This document shows positions 14,800 to 24,545 of a stretch of DNA of 64,000 nucleotides, one piece after another. Under the pieces are notes generated by a model. The model worked only from the letters and a program-made list of their open reading frames with translations. It ran no database searches and had not been told where the DNA came from. A program made the translations under genes and the position numbers. Position 1 is the first letter of the stretch, and every line of letters starts with the position of its first letter. The stretch lies in the NCBI RefSeq assembly GCF_056712565.1, contig NZ_CM160072.1; one strand, written 5' to 3'.

Positions 14800-16143
14800 A
14801 TGGCGAACAGCATCACGGCGGATGAGATTCGGGAACAGTTTTCGCAGGCAATGTCAGCCATGTACCAGCAAGAAGTTCCGCAGTACGGCACGCTGCTGGA
14901 ACTGGTAGCTGATGTAAATCTGGCGGTGCTGGAAAACAATCCTCAACTGCACGAAAAAATGGTAAATGCAGACGAGCTGGCGCGACTGAATGTTGAACGT
15001 CATGGGGCGATTCGCGTTGGGACTGCACAAGAGCTTGCTACTCTTCGGCGGATGTTTGCCATTATGGGGATGTACCCGGTGAGCTATTACGATCTCTCGC
15101 AGGCAGGGGTGCCGGTACATTCGACAGCATTTCGGCCCATTGATGATGCTTCTCTGGCGCGTAATCCCTTCCGCGTTTTTACCTCGTTACTCCGTCTTGA
15201 GCTTATCGAGAACGAAATTTTGCGCCAGAAAGCGGCGGAGATTCTGCGTCAGCGCGATATCTTCACCCCACGTTGTCGACAACTGTTAGAGGAATATGAG
15301 CAGCAGGGCGGTTTTAACGAAACACAGGCACAGGAGTTTGTGCAGGAAGCCCTGGAAACGTTTCGCTGGCACCAGTCAGCAACGGTAGATGAAGAAACCT
15401 ATCGCGCCTTGCACAACGAAAATCGGTTGATTGCTGATGTGGTCTGTTTTCCTGGATGCCATATCAACCATCTGACGCCACGTACGCTGGATATTGACCG
15501 GGTGCAGTCGATGATGCCTGAATGCGGAATTGAACCCAAAGTTCTGATCGAAGGGCCGCCGCGCCGCGAGGTGCCGATTTTACTACGCCAGACCAGCTTT
15601 AAAGCACTGGAAGAGACGGTGTTGTTTGCGGGGCAGAAACAGGGCACGCATACCGCGCGCTTTGGTGAAATTGAGCAGCGTGGTGTGGCATTAACGCCGA
15701 AAGGGCGACAACTGTATGATGATCTTCTGCGGAACGCTGGAACCGGGCAGGATAATCTCACTCACCAAATGCATTTACAGGAAACCTTCCGCACTTTTCC
15801 TGACAGTGAGTTTTTAATGCGTCAGCAAGGGCTGGGATGGTTCCGGTACCGTCTGACGCCTTCGGGTGAGGCGCATCGTCAGGTGATTCATCCCGGAGAC
15901 GATCCACAGCCCTTAATAGAACGTGGTTGGGTAGTGGCGCAACCCATTACCTATGAAGATTTCTTGCCCGTTAGCGCGGCGGGGATCTTCCAGTCAAATC
16001 TGGGTAATGAAACGCGGGCATGCAATCACGGTGATGCCAGTCGCGAAGCATTTGAGCAGGCGTTGGGGTGTCCGGTTTTGGATGAGTTCCAGCTTTATCA
16101 GGAAGCGGAAGAACGCAGTAAACGTCGCTGTGGTTTGCTTTAA
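14800..16143 (+). CDS. ydcJ: DUF1338-family metalloenzyme YdcJ
   Basis: 447 aa ORF, length and N-terminus (MANSITADEIREQF) match E. coli YdcJ. Confidence 0.8.
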   Translation: MANSITADEIREQFSQAMSAMYQQEVPQYGTLLELVADVNLAVLENNPQLHEKMVNADELARLNVERHGAIRVGTAQELATLRRMFAIMGMYPVSYYDLSQAGVPVHSTAFRPIDDASLARNPFRVFTSLLRLELIENEILRQKAAEILRQRDIFTPRCRQLLEEYEQQGGFNETQAQEFVQEALETFRWHQSATVDEETYRALHNENRLIADVVCFPGCHINHLTPRTLDIDRVQSMMPECGIEPKVLIEGPPRREVPILLRQTSFKALEETVLFAGQKQGTHTARFGEIEQRGVALTPKGRQLYDDLLRNAGTGQDNLTHQMHLQETFRTFPDSEFLMRQQGLGWFRYRLTPSGEAHRQVIHPGDDPQPLIERGWVVAQPITYEDFLPVSAAGIFQSNLGNETRACNHGDASREAFEQALGCPVLDEFQLYQEAEERSKRRCGLL

Positions 16144-16367
16144 ATTCTGACCATCCGCCTTTGCAAAAATTTGCCTGATTTTACAAACGAATCAGGCTCA
16201 TCCCATCGACATAAAAAAAATGCCAATTTATGCATATTCTCTGATTTCAACAATTGGATTATTAATAAATATTGTCTAGAGTGAGCGGTCATAAATAAGC
16301 ACTTTCTTGCCGCTGAAAATGACCAGCGCGGGACCATTCACAACACCAGAAGGACTCACTTTCAGGT

Positions 16368-18023
16368 ATGGATCGTAGACGATTTATTAAAGGTTCAATG
16401 GCTATGGCCGCCGTGTGCGGTACCAGCGGCATTGCTTCTCTTTTTTCTCAGGCGGCATTCGCGGCCGATTCTGATATTGCCGACGGGCAAACCCAGCGTT
16501 TTGACTTCTCCATTCTACAGTCAATGGCGCACGACTTAGCGCAAACAGCATGGCGTGGTGCACCACGTCCGTTACCTGACACTTTGGCGACAATGACGCC
16601 GCAGGCTTATAACAGTATTCAATACGACGCCGAAAAATCGCTCTGGCATAACGTTGAGAACCGTCAACTGGACGCTCAGTTTTTCCATATGGGAATGGGA
16701 TTCCGTCGCCGCGTTCGTATGTTTTCTGTAGATCCAGCAACACATCTGGCGCGTGAAATTCACTTTCGCCCGGAGTTGTTCAAATACAACGATGCGGGTG
16801 TGGATACCAAACAATTAGAAGGGCAAAGCGATCTCGGTTTTGCCGGTTTTCGCGTGTTTAAAGCCCCCGAACTGGCGCGCCGTGATGTAGTATCATTCCT
16901 CGGCGCGAGTTATTTCCGCGCCGTTGATGACACATATCAATACGGTTTGTCGGCCCGCGGCCTGGCGATCGACACTTACACCGACAGCAAAGAAGAGTTC
17001 CCCGACTTTACCGCCTTCTGGTTTGATACGGTAAAACCAGGGGCAACCACCTTTACCGTTTATGCGTTGCTCGATAGCGCCAGCATTACTGGTGCCTATA
17101 AGTTCACTATCCATTGTGAGAAAAATCAGGTGATTATGGATGTGGAAAATCACCTGTATGCGCGCAAAGACATTAAACAGCTGGGCATTGCGCCGATGAC
17201 CAGTATGTTCAGCTGCGGTACTAATGAACGTCGGATGTGCGACACCATTCATCCGCAAATCCATGACTCTGATCGTCTGTCCATGTGGCGGGGCAACGGC
17301 GAGTGGATTTGCCGTCCGCTGAACAATCCGCAAAAATTGCAGTTCAATGCTTACACCGACAACAACCCGAAAGGGTTTGGTTTATTGCAACTGGATCGTG
17401 ATTTCTCCCATTATCAGGACATTATGGGCTGGTATAACAAACGCCCAAGTCTGTGGGTGGAACCGCGTAACAAGTGGGGTAAGGGCACCATCGGCCTGAT
17501 GGAAATCCCAACAACGGGCGAAACGCTGGATAACATTGTCTGCTTCTGGCAGCCAGAAAAAGCTGTAAAAGCGGGTGATGAGTTTGCATTCCAGTATCGT
17601 CTGTACTGGAGTGCGCAACCGCCTGTTCATTGCCCATTAGCGCGCGTTATGGCGACGCGTACCGGCATGGGCGGTTTCCCGGAAGGTTGGGCGCCAGGTG
17701 AACACTATCCCGAAAAATGGGCGCGACGTTTTGCCGTCGATTTCGTTGGTGGTGATCTGAAAGCTGCCGCGCCAAAAGGCATTGAGCCGGTGATTACGCT
17801 TTCCAGTGGGGAAGCGAAGCAAATCGAAATTCTCTATATTGAACCCATTGATGGTTATCGTATTCAGTTTGACTGGTATCCGACTTCGGACTCCACTGAT
17901 CCGGTCGATATGCGGATGTATCTGCGTTGTCAGGGCGACGCTATCAGTGAAACATGGCTGTATCAGTATTTCCCGCCAGCGCCGGATAAACGTCAGTATG
18001 TTGATGACCGCGTGATGAGTTAA
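16368..18023 (+). CDS. opgD: glucans biosynthesis protein D (periplasmic, Tat signal peptide)
   Basis: 551 aa ORF; N-terminal twin-arginine motif [16 protein letters not shown]...AFA; matches E. coli OpgD/MdoD. Confidence 0.9.
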   Translation: MDRRRFIKGSMAMAAVCGTSGIASLFSQAAFAADSDIADGQTQRFDFSILQSMAHDLAQTAWRGAPRPLPDTLATMTPQAYNSIQYDAEKSLWHNVENRQLDAQFFHMGMGFRRRVRMFSVDPATHLAREIHFRPELFKYNDAGVDTKQLEGQSDLGFAGFRVFKAPELARRDVVSFLGASYFRAVDDTYQYGLSARGLAIDTYTDSKEEFPDFTAFWFDTVKPGATTFTVYALLDSASITGAYKFTIHCEKNQVIMDVENHLYARKDIKQLGIAPMTSMFSCGTNERRMCDTIHPQIHDSDRLSMWRGNGEWICRPLNNPQKLQFNAYTDNNPKGFGLLQLDRDFSHYQDIMGWYNKRPSLWVEPRNKWGKGTIGLMEIPTTGETLDNIVCFWQPEKAVKAGDEFAFQYRLYWSAQPPVHCPLARVMATRTGMGGFPEGWAPGEHYPEKWARRFAVDFVGGDLKAAAPKGIEPVITLSSGEAKQIEILYIEPIDGYRIQFDWYPTSDSTDPVDMRMYLRCQGDAISETWLYQYFPPAPDKRQYVDDRVMS

Positions 18024-18162
18024 TCGTTTTTTCTTCGGCATCTTCTTCGGGAGGTGCCGTCTGGTTAAACACGATCCCGCTCGCATTTTTCCCTAAGTTA
18101 AATGAGTAATCTGATGGTGTGTATTTCAGATACACCTTGTCAGCCACTAACAGGGAGTGCGT

Positions 18163-18387
18163 ATGTTTCCAGAATACCGAGATTTAATATCCCGTCTGAA
18201 AAACGAAAATCCTCGCTTTATGTCCTTGTTCGATAAACACAATAAACTTGATCATGAAATTGCCAGAAAGGAAGGTTCCGACGGTCGAGGGTACAATGCG
18301 GAAGTGGTCCGCATGAAAAAACAAAAGCTACAGTTAAAAGATGAGATGCTCAAAATCCTGCAGCAGGTGAGCGTCAAAGAGGTGTAA
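18163..18387 (+). CDS. ydcH: DUF465-family small protein YdcH
   Basis: Track ORF begins at an upstream GTG; ATG at about 18163 gives 74 aa MFPEYRDLISRLKNENPRF... as in E. coli YdcH. Confidence 0.7.
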   Translation: MFPEYRDLISRLKNENPRFMSLFDKHNKLDHEIARKEGSDGRGYNAEVVRMKKQKLQLKDEMLKILQQVSVKEV

Positions 18388-18449
18388 ACTTTCCTAAGCC
18401 GCCAGCCAGGCGGCTTTTTTAACAGCTGCATGGATTGACTGGAGATAAG

Positions 18450-18989
18450 ATGACTGAAACGATAAAAGTAAGCGAATCGCTTGAATTACATGCTGTTGCG
18501 GAAAGTCATGTCACACCTCTTTATCAGTTAATCTGTAAAAATAAAACCTGGTTACAGCAGTCGCTAAACTGGCCGCAGTTTGTTCAAAGTGAAGAGGACA
18601 CGCGAAAAACGGTGCAGGGTAATGTGATGTTGCATCAACGCGGCTATGCCAAAATGTTCATGATTTTCAAAGAAGATGAACTTATCGGCGTTATCTCTTT
18701 TAATCGTATTGAACCACTGAATAAAACCGCTGAAATCGGCTACTGGCTGGACGAATCTCATCAGGGGCAGGGGATCATTTCTCAGGCGCTGCAGGCATTG
18801 ATTCATCATTACGCTCAGTCTGGTGAACTTAGACGCTTCGTGATCAAATGTCGGGTGGACAATCCGCAAAGCAACCAGGTAGCGTTGCGCAATGGTTTTA
18901 TCCTTGAAGGTTGCCTTAAACAGGCTGAGTTCCTGAATGATGCCTATGATGATGTGAACTTATACGCGCGTATTATCGATTCACAATAA
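18450..18989 (+). CDS. rimL: ribosomal-protein-serine N-acetyltransferase (GNAT)
   Basis: Track ORF starts at TTG 18435; ATG at 18450 with RBS ggaga gives 179 aa [16 protein letters not shown]..., matching RimL. Confidence 0.85.
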   Translation: MTETIKVSESLELHAVAESHVTPLYQLICKNKTWLQQSLNWPQFVQSEEDTRKTVQGNVMLHQRGYAKMFMIFKEDELIGVISFNRIEPLNKTAEIGYWLDESHQGQGIISQALQALIHHYAQSGELRRFVIKCRVDNPQSNQVALRNGFILEGCLKQAEFLNDAYDDVNLYARIIDSQ

Positions 18990-19961
18990 CCCTGCCAGCA
19001 GCGTTCGCGTAATGCGCTCCTCGCCGTTAATGACTTTTGGACCACGGACATGAATCGTGTCGCCATCAAAGGCTTCAACGACGGCGTGGTCAGTTAACTC
19101 CACATGGTTTTCAATTATCACCGCACCTGTAATACGGCTCTCACCTTGTATGACAACGTGCTCGTCGAGCAGAATCGGTCCGCCACGTACCACGGCATTT
19201 CCGCCAATCAAGACATGATGTTTTAACACACAATTACCTTCCACAATGGCATATTCCGCCACCTGTGAACTGTAATGAATCGTCGGAATGGCATCTTCTT
19301 CTATGCCAGCTTTCACCTGCGCGTGACCGTAGACTTTAGCGCAATCGCATAGCCAGACGTTGTTCTCTTCATTACCTTCAACACTGGCAAAATCAAAAAC
19401 TTCGGCGCGATGTTCAATAAAAGCATACCGGACGACGGCATCGCCATAAATTTGTGCCTGGTGGACAATACGCGAGGCGCTAACCTTTGCGCGATCATAA
19501 ATTTGTAGCAGGAGTTGATGGTCGGGCGTTAAGCCTTGTGCGGCGACGATCATAGAATGTTGATCAATTAAGGCGTGACCAAATATTCTACATTGACCAC
19601 AAACTAATGAGTCACGAATGGTGACACTGTCACTTATATATGCACCCTGGCTGATTTCACTATTATCGATCCAGACATTATCCGTTGCGTAAACCTCTCC
19701 CCACAGCACGCTGGTGCCGGTGATACGCGTATTCCCGGAAATCACCGTTCCGCCGAACGCAATAGCATTCTGGTCGTAAATCCAGCAATTTCCTTCCTGT
19801 GCTAACACCGTTTCGTGATCGATCCAGCCGCCAGCGCTTCCTGCTATCACATCGTTAAAATCGCTCATGGCGATAATTTGCCGTAATAACACACTTTTTT
19901 TAGTGCCATCTTCCTGATAACTAAAGGCTCGCTGTTCTTCACTTAGACGATATTTACGCAT
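18981..19961 (-). CDS. ydcK: left-handed beta-helix (hexapeptide-repeat) protein YdcK
   Basis: 326 aa ORF with repeated hexapeptide-like segments; 3' end overlaps the rimL 3' end by 9 nt (convergent). Confidence 0.8.
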   Translation of the reverse strand: MRKYRLSEEQRAFSYQEDGTKKSVLLRQIIAMSDFNDVIAGSAGGWIDHETVLAQEGNCWIYDQNAIAFGGTVISGNTRITGTSVLWGEVYATDNVWIDNSEISQGAYISDSVTIRDSLVCGQCRIFGHALIDQHSMIVAAQGLTPDHQLLLQIYDRAKVSASRIVHQAQIYGDAVVRYAFIEHRAEVFDFASVEGNEENNVWLCDCAKVYGHAQVKAGIEEDAIPTIHYSSQVAEYAIVEGNCVLKHHVLIGGNAVVRGGPILLDEHVVIQGESRITGAVIIENHVELTDHAVVEAFDGDTIHVRGPKVINGEERITRTLLAGLL

Positions 19962-20084
19962 AGCGTTTTCCCACAGGTGACTTACTATAACCGTAGCAAA
20001 TTCTGCGGCTCTGGCTATGCTCGAGAAAATTCCATAAAATGCATTTCAAATATACTTTATAAATTAAACAAAATGAGTAAGAAG

Positions 20085-21077
20085 ATGCAGAGCGATAAAG
20101 TGCTCAATTTGCCGGCAGGCTACTTTGGTATTGTGTTGGGGACGATAGGGATGGGATTTGCCTGGCGCTATGCCAGCCAGCTTTGGCAGGTCAGCCACTG
20201 GTTGGGTGATGGGCTGGTGATTCTGGCGATGATCATCTGGGGATTATTGACTGGCGCATTTATTACCCGACTCATACGCTTTCCGCATAGCGTGCTGGCA
20301 GAAGTGCGCCATCCAGTGCTGAGCAGTTTTGTGAGTTTGTTTCCGGCAACGACGATGCTGGTGGCGATTGGTTTTGTTCCGTGGTTTCGCCCACTGGCGG
20401 TGTGCCTGTTCAGTTTTGGTGTCGTGGTTCAGTTGGCTTATGCCGCATGGCAAACTGCGGGATTATGGCGCGGATCTCACCCTGAAGAAGCTACCACGCC
20501 TGGACTGTATCTGCCGACAGTTGCCAACAACTTTATCAGCGCAATGGCCTGTGGTGCGTTGGGCTACACCGACGCCGGTCTGGTGTTTTTAGGCGCAGGC
20601 GTTTTCTCATGGCTAAGCCTGGAACCGGTGATCTTGCAGCGTCTGCGCAGTTCGGGAGAATTACCCACGGCACTGCGGACATCACTCGGCATTCAGCTCG
20701 CTCCTGCGCTGGTGGCCTGTAGTGCCTGGCTGAGCGTCAACGGCGGCGAGGGTGACACGCTGGCGAAAATGCTTTTCGGTTATGGACTGCTGCAACTGCT
20801 GTTTATGCTACGTCTGATGCCATGGTATCTCTCCCAGCCATTTAATGCTTCATTCTGGAGTTTCTCGTTCGGTGTATCTGCACTGGCAACCACCGGTTTG
20901 CATCTGGGGAGTGGCAGCGATAATGGATTTTTCCATACGCTGGCGGTGCCGCTGTTTATCTTTACCAATTTTATTATTGCAATACTGCTCATCCGTACTT
21001 TTGCGCTTCTGATGCAGGGAAAATTGTTAGTCAGAACCGAGCGCGCCGTTTTAATGAAAGCAGAGGACAAAGAATGA
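20085..21077 (+). CDS. tehA: tellurite resistance / dicarboxylate-transporter-family membrane protein TehA
   Basis: Track ORF 19977..21077; start re-set to [19 protein letters not shown] giving 330 aa; polytopic membrane protein. Confidence 0.9.
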   Translation: MQSDKVLNLPAGYFGIVLGTIGMGFAWRYASQLWQVSHWLGDGLVILAMIIWGLLTGAFITRLIRFPHSVLAEVRHPVLSSFVSLFPATTMLVAIGFVPWFRPLAVCLFSFGVVVQLAYAAWQTAGLWRGSHPEEATTPGLYLPTVANNFISAMACGALGYTDAGLVFLGAGVFSWLSLEPVILQRLRSSGELPTALRTSLGIQLAPALVACSAWLSVNGGEGDTLAKMLFGYGLLQLLFMLRLMPWYLSQPFNASFWSFSFGVSALATTGLHLGSGSDNGFFHTLAVPLFIFTNFIIAILLIRTFALLMQGKLLVRTERAVLMKAEDKE

Positions 21078-21667
21078 TCATTCGTGATGAAAACTATTTT
21101 ACTGATAAATATGAATTAACCCGCACACACTCTGAAGTGCTGGAAGCGGTGAAAGTGGTTAAACCGGGTAAAACGCTGGATCTGGGCTGTGGCAATGGTC
21201 GTAACAGTCTTTACCTGGCAGCCAATGGTTATGATGTTGACGCATGGGATAAAAATGCCATGAGTATCGCCAACGTCGAGCGCATTAAGTCCATTGAAAA
21301 TCTGGATAATTTACACACCCGGGTCGTTGATCTGAATAACCTCACATTTGATGGACAGTACGATTTTATTCTTTCTACTGTGGTGCTGATGTTCCTTGAG
21401 GCTAAAACCATCCCAGGGCTGATTGCCAATATGCAACGTTGCACTAAACCTGGCGGTTACAACCTGATTGTGGCGGCGATGGATACCGCTGATTATCCAT
21501 GTACCGTCGGCTTCCCGTTTGCCTTCAAAGAGGGGGAATTACGTCGATATTACGAAGGCTGGGAGAGGGTGAAATACAATGAAGACGTCGGCGAGCTGCA
21601 CCGCACCGACGCCAACGGTAATCGTATTAAACTGCGTTTCGCCACGATGCTGGCACGTAAAAAATGA
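21074..21667 (+). CDS. tehB: tellurite methyltransferase TehB (SAM-dependent)
   Basis: 197 aa ORF; start overlaps the tehA stop (ATGA); SAM-binding motif [15 protein letters not shown]. Confidence 0.9.
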   Translation: MIIRDENYFTDKYELTRTHSEVLEAVKVVKPGKTLDLGCGNGRNSLYLAANGYDVDAWDKNAMSIANVERIKSIENLDNLHTRVVDLNNLTFDGQYDFILSTVVLMFLEAKTIPGLIANMQRCTKPGGYNLIVAAMDTADYPCTVGFPFAFKEGELRRYYEGWERVKYNEDVGELHRTDANGNRIKLRFATMLARKK

Positions 21668-21827
21668 TCCGGTAAGAACAAAGCGCGTGAAAATTCCCCA
21701 CGCTGAGATGGTTTACTGTTCTTCTTTTCGGTAAGCATATTTTTTATCGAAGGGATGTGAAATTAATCACAGTAGTCGAAGTTTTTTAGCCGCTTAACTT
21801 ACTGAAATTTAACTACTGATGATTGAC

Positions 21828-21873
21828 TTAGCCCCTTTTTCGGCATTGACTATGTCGTCTGAAAAGGGGCTAA
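21828..21873. repeat. perfect 12-bp inverted repeat with about 22-nt spacer (function unknown)
   Basis: ttagcccctttt ... aaaaggggctaa in the tehB-ydcL intergenic region; not followed by a T-run on either strand. Confidence 0.5.
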
Positions 21874-21969
21874 AAAATTTATTTTCACCAACACTTTTTT
21901 TGCCACAACACGAAGCGGCGCTTTTTGCTATAACTTAGAAAGTAATATAATCATCTCAGGAAACTATTC

Positions 21970-22638
21970 ATGCGTACCACATCATTTGCGAAAGTTGCAG
22001 CTTTATGCGGCTTGTTGGCTCTGTCTGGTTGTGCCTCTAAAATCACCCAGCCAGATAAATATTCTGGTTTTTTAAACAATTACTCTGATTTAAAAGAAAC
22101 AACCTCGGCAACAGGTAAACCTGTTTTACGTTGGGTAGACCCGAGTTTTGATCAAAGCAAATATGACAGCATCGTCTGGAACCCAATCACTTATTATCCG
22201 GTACCGAAACCTTCTACCCAGGTAGGGCAGAAAGTTCTGGATAAAATTTTGAACTATACCAACACCGAAATGAAAGAAGCGATAGCGCAGCGTAAACCAC
22301 TGGTTACCACCGCTGGGCCGCGTAGTCTGATTTTCCGTGGGGCCATTACCGGTGTAGATACCAGTAAAGAAGGGCTGCAATTCTATGAAGTGGTTCCTGT
22401 TGCATTAGTGGTTGCGGGGACGCAAATGGCTACAGGCCACCGTACCATGGATACTCGCTTGTATTTTGAAGGTGAGCTGATTGATGCAGCGACTAATAAA
22501 CCGGTTATCAAGGTCGTTCGTCAGGGCGAAGGTAAAGACCTGAATAACGAAAGTACGCCAATGGCTTTCGAAAATATTAAACAAGTTATTGATGACATGG
22601 CGACCGATGCCACCATGTTTGACGTTAACAAAAAGTAG
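21970..22638 (+). CDS. ydcL: lipoprotein YdcL
   Basis: 222 aa ORF; signal peptide with lipobox LALSGCAS. Confidence 0.8.
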   Translation: MRTTSFAKVAALCGLLALSGCASKITQPDKYSGFLNNYSDLKETTSATGKPVLRWVDPSFDQSKYDSIVWNPITYYPVPKPSTQVGQKVLDKILNYTNTEMKEAIAQRKPLVTTAGPRSLIFRGAITGVDTSKEGLQFYEVVPVALVVAGTQMATGHRTMDTRLYFEGELIDAATNKPVIKVVRQGEGKDLNNESTPMAFENIKQVIDDMATDATMFDVNKK

Positions 22639-22646
22639 TTCCAGAC

Positions 22647-22674
22647 GCGCCATCGTTAGATGGCGCTTTTTATT
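22647..22674 (+). terminator. rho-independent terminator of ydcL
   Basis: Stem gcgccatc / gatggcgc, loop gtta, followed by tttttatt; overlaps the 3' end of convergent ydcO. Confidence 0.65.
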
Positions 22675-23845
22675 ATCGGTTTCTGTCAGCGATTAAATTC
22701 AACACCACGTAACAAACGCCTCCGGCAATTAATCCCCAAAACGCAGAACCAATCCCGAACAGCGTCAATCCACTTGCCGTTACCAGAAATGCCACCACCG
22801 CCGCGTCGCGCTCACGCTCATTATGCAGCGCCTGATACAAACTGCCGCCAATGGTACTCAACAGCGCAAGACCTGCCAGCATCTGGATCCAACTTACGGG
22901 CAGGGCAGCCATCATCCCGGTAATGGCACTACCAAACAGACCTGCGATCAAATAAAAAATGCCGGCAACGGCAGCGGCCAGCCAACGTTGATCTTTATCC
23001 GGATGCGCTTCCGGGCTTTGGCAAATAGCCGCGGTGATTGCCGCAATACCGACGGAATAAACGCCGAAAGGGGAAAAAACAAGCGCCAGCAATCCAGTAA
23101 ACACAATCAACGGCGAAACAGGAGCCGAATACCCGGCTGCTTTCATTGCTGCGATACCCGGTGCGTTTTGCGATGCCATCGTCACCAGAAAAAGGGGGAG
23201 TGCAACGCTCAGACTGTGAGCAAACGAAAAATCAGGGGGAATATAAGTGGGGAGAACGGGTTTAAAGACAACATCAGTTGTGACAACGTCACCTTGCGCG
23301 ATAACGATCACGATCCCAATAATCATCGCGGCAATTACCGCATAGCGCGGCGCAACGGCCCTGGTTGCCAGCCATGCCAGCAACATACTGCCACACAACG
23401 TAAATTGACCATCCAGACTGGCAAACGCCTGTAAACCAAAACGTAATAAAATCCCGGCAAGCATTGCCGCCGCAAGCGAGTGCGGAATAATGCGCATCAG
23501 ACGAGCAAAGAGTCCCGTTATGCCGCAGAGGACTATTAACACGTTGGTGACAATAAAAACGCCGATGGTTTCGTTAAGTGTTAGTCCCTGCAATCCGGTG
23601 ACCAACAAAGCCGCGCCAGGCGTTGACCATGCGGTGAGAACAGGTACGCGATACCATAATGTCAGAGCCAGCGTACTGACGCCCATTGCCAGCCCCAGCG
23701 CCGTCATCCAGCCAGAGATTTGTGCAGTGGTGGCTCCGGCGACAATCGCTGCTTGCCAGATTATTGCCGCTGAACTGGCGTAGCCAATTAATACCGCCAG
23801 AAACCCCGCCAGTAGCGTGGGTGGAGGAATAGAAAACAGACGCAT
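22673..23845 (-). CDS. ydcO: BenE-family (benzoate transporter-like) membrane protein
   Basis: Track ORF 22673..23968; start re-set to MRLFSIPPPTLLAGFLAV (about 390 aa); highly hydrophobic polytopic protein. Confidence 0.8.
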   Translation of the reverse strand: MRLFSIPPPTLLAGFLAVLIGYASSAAIIWQAAIVAGATTAQISGWMTALGLAMGVSTLALTLWYRVPVLTAWSTPGAALLVTGLQGLTLNETIGVFIVTNVLIVLCGITGLFARLMRIIPHSLAAAMLAGILLRFGLQAFASLDGQFTLCGSMLLAWLATRAVAPRYAVIAAMIIGIVIVIAQGDVVTTDVVFKPVLPTYIPPDFSFAHSLSVALPLFLVTMASQNAPGIAAMKAAGYSAPVSPLIVFTGLLALVFSPFGVYSVGIAAITAAICQSPEAHPDKDQRWLAAAVAGIFYLIAGLFGSAITGMMAALPVSWIQMLAGLALLSTIGGSLYQALHNERERDAAVVAFLVTASGLTLFGIGSAFWGLIAGGVCYVVLNLIADRNR

Positions 23846-23854
23846 AGTCACCTC

Positions 23855-23902
23855 GTGCGTTATAACGTACAGGTACCGTAGCATTTGTCCGTTATAACGC
23901 AC
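23855..23902. promoter_or_regulatory. candidate operator: two copies of the palindrome cgttataacg in the divergent ydcO-sutR control region
   Basis: gtgcgttataacg (about 23855-23867) and cgttataacgcac (about 23890-23902) are exact reverse complements; each core cgttataacg is itself palindromic; located between divergent starts of ydcO and the XRE/cupin regulator gene. Confidence 0.4.
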
Positions 23903-23936
23903 AAGTGATAAACTTCCGTTTTGCCGGAGGAGTCGC

Positions 23937-24473
23937 ATGGAAAATCTCGCTCGCTTTTTATCCACCACACTTAAACAACTACGTCAGCAGCGCGGCTGGA
24001 GTCTTTCGCGACTGGCAGAAGCGACGGGCGTTTCTAAAGCGATGTTAGGGCAGATTGAGCGTAATGAATCCAGCCCGACGGTCGCGACATTATGGAAAAT
24101 TGCCACCGGGTTGAACGTGCCATTTTCAACATTTATTTCCCCGCCGCAGTCCGCTACGCCTTCAGTTTATGATCCACAACGGCAGGCGATGGTGATCACT
24201 TCGCTGTTTCCTTATGATCCACAACTCTGCTTTGAACACTTCTCGATTCAGATGGCACCCGGTGCAATAAGCGAATCGACGCCCCATGAAAAGGGGGTAA
24301 TCGAACATGTCGTCGTCATTGATGGACAACTTGATCTGTGTGTTGATGGTGAATGGCAGAGCCTTAATTGTGGGGAAGGCGTTCGATTTGCTGCAGACGT
24401 CACGCATGTCTATCGTAATGGTGGAGAGCAAACCGTACATTTTCATTCCCTCATCCATTACCCGCGCAGTTAA
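23937..24473 (+). CDS. sutR: XRE-family HTH + cupin-domain transcriptional regulator (SutR/YdcN)
   Basis: 178 aa ORF; N-terminal HTH (LSRLAEATGVSKAMLGQIERNES) and C-terminal cupin-like domain. Confidence 0.8.
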   Translation: MENLARFLSTTLKQLRQQRGWSLSRLAEATGVSKAMLGQIERNESSPTVATLWKIATGLNVPFSTFISPPQSATPSVYDPQRQAMVITSLFPYDPQLCFEHFSIQMAPGAISESTPHEKGVIEHVVVIDGQLDLCVDGEWQSLNCGEGVRFAADVTHVYRNGGEQTVHFHSLIHYPRS

Positions 24474-24545
24474 GCGGGAAAACTATTTCGCAACGTCGCG
24501 CTTGTGGCTAAAATAGCCGCCATTTTTCAGCTACTGGATAAGAAA

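Noticed and set aside
16150-16200. Hairpin cctgatt...aatcagg after ydcJ as a rho-independent terminator
   Set aside because: The stem is short and is followed by an A-run rather than a T-run on the coding strand; too weak to call
22823-23434. 203-aa plus-strand ORF overlapping ydcO
   Set aside because: Antisense to the hydrophobic BenE-family gene; Arg/Cys/His-rich low-complexity translation typical of a spurious frame
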